A DNA stretch of 64,000 bases from Candidatus Latescibacterota bacterium (lineage in GTDB: Bacteria > Latescibacterota > UBA2968), in assembly GCA_965198115.1 (NCBI GenBank), contig OZ240241.1, forward strand, positions 160,001-224,000. Reading direction: 5' to 3'. Positions 59,496 to 64,000 of this stretch are shown here, one piece after another. Every line of letters begins with the position of its first letter. Position 1 is the first letter of the stretch. The notes below the pieces were generated by a model, which was not told where the DNA came from, searched no databases, and was given only the letters and a program-made list of their open reading frames with translations. Position numbers and translations under genes: made by a program.

Positions 59496-60757
59496 GTGCA
59501 TGGGTTCATAAATATTATTACGTATGTTCTGAACATTATTTGTAGCTTATGTTCTCCTTCAAAAGGAGGAGAACAATGCCAAGACGTTCGCCTTATGTGG
59601 TGCTACTGTCTGAGAAGGAACGGGTCGACCTCGAGCGAATGGCTGGACAATATACGTTACCGTATTATCAAGTGATCCGATCGAAAATCGTGCTTCTCGC
59701 CGCCGAGGGATTATCCAACAAGATTATCGCCCAACGGTTGGATGTCCCGCGTCCGATCGTAAGCAAATGGCGTAAGCGCTTTTTCGAAGAGCGTCTTTCG
59801 GGACTCGAAGATAGATCTCGTCCCGGGCGCCCGCCCGGTTTTCCCCCCTCAGGTGGTCGTTCAGATCAAGGCGCTGGCGTGTGAACTACCGAGCGAGAGC
59901 GGGATACCGCTCTCGCGGTTCAGCTGTTCCGAGATTGCCGCCGAGGCAGTGCAAAGGGGCTTCGTTGCCAAGATCAGCGGCGCCACTGTCTGGCGCTGGT
60001 TGAACGAGGACGCGATTCGTCCTTGGTATCATCGTTCCTGGATTTTCCCACGGGACCCGGACTTCCAAACCAAAGCAGGTAGAGTCCTTGATCTGTATCA
60101 CCGCCAATGGCAAGGAAAGCCTTTAGGGCCGAGGGAATATGTACTTTCTGCCGACGAAAAGACCAGTATTCAAGCACGAGCTCGCAAGCACGTTACCCTA
60201 CCGCCAGCCTCGAACAGAGCGGCACGCGTTGAAACACGAATACGAGCGGAAAGGAGCCCTGGCCTATCTGGCTGCTCTCGACGTGCACAATGGTCGAATC
60301 TTCGGTCTCTGTGAGTCTTCTTCGGGTATCGAGCCCTTCAACCGGCTCCTGAGCCTGATCATGAGCCGGAAACCCTATTGCTCGGCAAAGAAAGTCTACC
60401 TCATCGTGGATAATGGCTCCTCGCACCGAGGGCAAACATGCATCGACCGTATCCAGGGGAAGTGGCCAAACATCCACCCCGTTCACCTTCCGATCCACGC
60501 AAGCTGGCTCAATCAGATCGAGATCTACTTCTCGATCCTCAAACGCAAGGCTCTGACACCTATCGAATTTGCATCGCTCGAAGAGCTTGAGGCAAGAATC
60601 CTCGGTTTTCAGGAACGCTACGGACGTATCGCCACACCCTTCAAATGGAAGTTCACACGAACAGATCTCGCGGAGATGATCGACAAACTCAGGTTCTACG
60701 ATACGCCCTTGGCAAAGTCTGCTTAGAATACGTCACCGTATTTGCGAACAGGAGTAC
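59496..60757 (+). mobile_element. IS630-family insertion sequence
   Basis: Imperfect IRs (A)GTGCATGGGTTCATAAATA / TATTTGCGAACAGGAGTAC(T); inserted at CTTAG with (T)TA duplicated. Confidence 0.9.
59576..60726 (+). pseudogene. IS630 transposase: HTH orfA plus DDE orfB, with an extra frameshift
   Basis: KWRKRF..RPGRP, likely programmed shift at TTTTCCCCC (~59840), SADEK, DNGSSH, SWLNQIE; extra A at about 60234 breaks VEHEYER. Confidence 0.88.
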
Positions 60758-61509
60758 TTAGGATCGTGGACGCGCGTCCGCTTCAGGATTATGTCGAGGG
60801 CCATATTCCCGGCGCGATCCACCTGGACGTCTATGGCATCAGCCTCAACGATACGTCGGACGAACCGTTCAACGCGTTCATGTGGATGTATGCCTATCTG
60901 TTTGGCAGCCGAGGGATCGGATCGGACCAGACGATCGTCTTTTATGGCCAGAATTCCGATATGCGGGCCGCTCGGGCGTTCTGGGTTTGCGAGTACCACG
61001 GGCACGGAGATGTGCACGTGCTCGATGGCGGCTATGGTGCGTGGATGGCCGATGGGTATGAAACGTCGACGGTGTGCGAGAACGCAGAGAGTACTGTGTT
61101 CGAAAGCCAGGCAGAACCAACCTGCGCGATCGGCTATCAGGAACTGTTGGACTCGCTGAGTCGTGACCACTTCGTTCCACTCGACACGAGAAGCGAAGGT
61201 GAATACACGGGGGAAACGGTTCGGGCGGCACGAGGTGGGGCGATTCCGGGTGCAGTGCACATCGAGTATGTGAACAATCTCGATGATAACGGTTTCTTCA
61301 AACCCGCGGACGAACTCCGGATGATGTATGAGCGTGCGGGTGTGATGCCGGAACAGACCGTCGCCTGCTACTGACAGGGCGGCTACCGCTCTTCCCACAG
61401 CTACCTGGCGTTGCGGCTGATCGGTTACGAGAAAGTTCGCAACTACATCGGCTCGTGGAAGGAGTGGGGGGATAGACTGGAGTTGCCAGTCGAGAAACCG
61501 AGAGGCTGA
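60758..61509 (+). pseudogene. Two-domain rhodanese (TST/MST) 3' part with in-frame TGA at the catalytic site (putative Sec)
   Basis: GHIPGA, LDGG, DTRS..EYTG, GAIPGA, VACY-TGA-QGGYRSS...[12 protein letters not shown]; frame stays open to TGA 61507-61509. Confidence 0.88.
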
Positions 61510-61736
61510 AGGCACCAAGAAAACATTCCACACGAAGGCGCGAAGAGATTGTGGGGGAGCAGTCTCTGACTGAACTTCTGTCGGTCGACGAAAGATCAGT
61601 CGGCGGTCGGCGGTGCGCTGTGGGCGGAAGAGACGGCTTCGCCCCTGTGAATTTTTGCCAATTGCGTGTCCAAAAGAGGAGTGGCAGGTCGTCTTAGTGT
61701 ACTGGCTGAGCATATCCGGATGAAGATGGGCTGACA

Positions 61737-62006
61737 ATGCCGACGGTTTCCTTTACCCAGAATATTCAGCGTCACATCGCCTGCCCGACGATGGAAGTTA
61801 GTGGATCGACGGTGGGGGAGGCCCTGTCAGCCGTTTTTGAGCAGATTCCGAAAGCGAAGGGGTACGTACTCGACGAGCGAAGCGCGGTACGTCGGCATAT
61901 GGTGATTTTTGTGGATGGGGAAGGCATTTCGGATCGAAACGGGTTGAGCGATCCGGTGCGGGCGGATTCGGAGATTTATGTGATGCAGGCTCTTTCTGGA
62001 GGTTGA
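61737..62006 (+). CDS. MoaD/ThiS family ubiquitin-like protein
   Basis: 89 aa; TVGEAL, IFVDGE, C-terminal ALSGG. Confidence 0.92.
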   Translation: MPTVSFTQNIQRHIACPTMEVSGSTVGEALSAVFEQIPKAKGYVLDERSAVRRHMVIFVDGEGISDRNGLSDPVRADSEIYVMQALSGG

Positions 62007-62008
62007 GT

Positions 62009-63124
62009 ATGAGTGATCGACTACTCGTGGGGACGCGTAAGGGTTTGTTTCAGATAAAGCGATCGAGTTCCGGTTCGTGGGAAATCGTTGACAGAGACTT
62101 CCTGGGCGACAACGTGAACATCGTCGCGGCTGATCCACGCGAGGGGCAGGTTTTCGCCAGTCTGGATCACGGGCATTTTGGAACGAAGCTGCATCGATCG
62201 AGGGACGATGGGAAGTCGTGGGAAGAGATTGAGGTTCCCGAGTATCCGGAGCAGCCTGATGGATGGGAAGAGATTCCGAATCCGTTCACGGGGAAAGTGG
62301 CGCCGTGGAGTCTCCATATGATTTGGTCCATCGTTCCGGGATTGTCGACCCAAGCGGGCCGTGTCTGGTGCAGGACGATTCCCGGGGGACTGTTTCAGAG
62401 CGATGACGCCGGGGACAGTTGGACGTTCGTGCGATCGCTTTGGGACCTCGATGAACGAAAGTCGTGGATGGGGGCGGGAACGGACTACGCTGGGATCCAT
62501 TCGATTCTGGTGGATCCGCGAGACGAGGATCACGTGACGGTGGGTGTCAGCGTCGGGGGAGTCTACGACAGCGCTGATGGCGGCGCGTCGTGGCGAGCCA
62601 GGTGCGACGGGATGAGGGCGGAGTACGTGCCGCCCGAACAATCGGAAAACCCAGAGGTCCAGGACCCCCATTACGTCGCCCAATGTCAGGACGATCCGGA
62701 TACACTTTGGGCGCAGCACCATAACGGGGTTTTCGTGACACAGAACGGGGGCGATCAATGGAGCGAGATCGAGAAAATCGATCCTTCAACTTTCGGCTTC
62801 GCGGTGGCAGTTCATCCACGGGACGGCAATACCGCGTGGCTCGTTCCGGGTGTGAAAGACGAACACCGAATTCCGGTCGATGGGAAGCTGGTGGTGACGC
62901 GCACACGAGATGGAGGGAAGACGTGGGAGAAGCTCTGGAAGGGGTTACCGCAGGAAGACGCCTACGACCTGGTGTTTCGGCACGCGCTCGACGTGGACGA
63001 ATCGGGCGATCGTGTTGCGTTCGGGTCGACGACGGGGAATCTATGGATTTCGGAAAACCAGGGAGATGACTGGTCTCAGGTCTCCGGGACGCTGCCGCCG
63101 GTCTATTGTGTACAATGGGGATGA
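62009..63124 (+). CDS. BNR/Asp-box beta-propeller (sialidase-like) protein
   Basis: LLVGTRKGLF; S.D.G.SW repeats; QDPH, QHHNG, STFGF; no signal peptide. Confidence 0.88.
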   Translation: MSDRLLVGTRKGLFQIKRSSSGSWEIVDRDFLGDNVNIVAADPREGQVFASLDHGHFGTKLHRSRDDGKSWEEIEVPEYPEQPDGWEEIPNPFTGKVAPWSLHMIWSIVPGLSTQAGRVWCRTIPGGLFQSDDAGDSWTFVRSLWDLDERKSWMGAGTDYAGIHSILVDPRDEDHVTVGVSVGGVYDSADGGASWRARCDGMRAEYVPPEQSENPEVQDPHYVAQCQDDPDTLWAQHHNGVFVTQNGGDQWSEIEKIDPSTFGFAVAVHPRDGNTAWLVPGVKDEHRIPVDGKLVVTRTRDGGKTWEKLWKGLPQEDAYDLVFRHALDVDESGDRVAFGSTTGNLWISENQGDDWSQVSGTLPPVYCVQWG

Positions 63125-63137
63125 ACATCTGAACCAC

Positions 63138-63176
63138 CCCTTCGATACGCGGCCTTCGGACGCTACTCAGGGCAGG
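63138..63176 (+). repeat. Short-core REP-like palindrome related to the GIY-YIG-flanking units
   Basis: CCCTTCGATACGCGGCCTTCGGACGCTACTCAGGGCAGG. Confidence 0.65.
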
Positions 63177-63216
63177 CAAGACGCCAAGACACCAAGAAAG
63201 ACGATACAGATTCTTA

Positions 63217-63250
63217 GGGGTGCCTCGGTGAACCGGGGTGCCCCTTTGTT
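63217..63250 (+). terminator. Possible intrinsic terminator
   Basis: GGGGTGCCTCGG-TGAA-CCGGGGTGCCCC then TTTGTT. Confidence 0.5.
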
Positions 63251-63264
63251 CGTTGGAGACCTCG

Positions 63265-63714
63265 TTGATTTACGAAGGTAACGATGTCAGTGCGGGTGAA
63301 GTGCGGATTGGTCGTCCGGCGGGTGCTCCGGAGAGCGATGACAAAGAGTGGCTTCGTTGGTGGTCAGAGGCACAAGCGCGCGAGGACATCATCTACTTCG
63401 GGATCTGGGAGGGCGAACGAGAGGTGGGGCAGATCTTTCTTCACGACATCGATCGGGCGACATCGAGCGGGATGATCGGGTATCACATTTTTCGAGAGGG
63501 TGACAGGGGAAGGGGAATCGGTAGTAGCGCATTCAGGCTTCTGGGGGACTATGCCTGGCGAGAGGCTGGGTTGAACGAGCTGGTCATCATTACCGGGAAG
63601 GACAACGAGGCGTCTCGCCGTCTGGCTGAAGGGGCGGGATTCAGGCTTTCGGGTGTAGCTAGGGAGCATCCAGAGCGAGATGTCGTCTATCGACTAAGTC
63701 TATCTTCTGGGTGA
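63265..63714 (+). CDS. GNAT (RimJ/RimL-like) N-acetyltransferase
   Basis: IGYHIF..DRGRGIGS, DNEASRRLAEGAGF; TTG start after GGAG. Confidence 0.85.
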   Translation: MIYEGNDVSAGEVRIGRPAGAPESDDKEWLRWWSEAQAREDIIYFGIWEGEREVGQIFLHDIDRATSSGMIGYHIFREGDRGRGIGSSAFRLLGDYAWREAGLNELVIITGKDNEASRRLAEGAGFRLSGVAREHPERDVVYRLSLSSG

Positions 63715-63738
63715 GAGAAAAAGCTTGCAATCCGATCG

Positions 63739-63813
63739 TCCCTCGATTCGACTGTCGTCTGGCAGCGCGTAATTGAGATCAATGGCACGTCCTGAATACG
63801 TCTACTCGGGATG
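63739..63813 (+). repeat. REP-like unit 4
   Basis: TCCCTCGATTC-N50-GTCTACTCGGGATG. Confidence 0.75.
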
Positions 63814-64000
63814 ATCGGGTCTATATCAGGCCGTCGGCTTTCATCCAGTCGAGGGTGGTTTCGAACGCAGATAGCGTCTGCTGGATATCCTCGGCGGAGT
63901 GGGAGGCCATTGTGATAGGCGTCCCTGGAAGGTCGATGCCATTCAACAGCATTCCGCACCGCAGGTTCCGAGCGAGGTCCGGGCGGGACTGCGACTTGAG

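Overview
A GC-rich bacterial chromosomal segment. The dockerin/EF-hand-like DFD.DG.V.F.DF..FA..FG module and gene style suggest a Candidatus Latescibacterota-like lineage (inference only). The housekeeping backbone includes pspA, a LysM amidase, copA, a ParA, His6-type hisA, thiL, an ArfB-like factor, an S1 protein, rlpA, pyrD/pyrK, a two-gene carB, nnr, acpS, tRNA-Ser x2, gltX, tRNA-Gln and glnS. A catabolic-type region follows at about 40-59 kb. About 15% of the window is insertion sequence: five co-oriented ISL3 copies, one IS256 with an abnormal 119-bp inverted repeat, and one IS630. Several host genes are truncated or frameshifted. Main highlights: (1) a two-domain rhodanese whose catalytic Cys codon is an in-frame TGA (probable selenoprotein), split by the IS630 and lying upstream of a GG-terminated ubiquitin-like carrier and a BNR beta-propeller; (2) a standalone GIY-YIG nuclease flanked by repeats with fixed ends and variable ~50-nt cores; (3) a TPR lipoprotein with about six TonB/TolA C-terminal domains; (4) split CarB, apparent non-canonical ATA/ATC start codons, and mosaic ISL3 copies.
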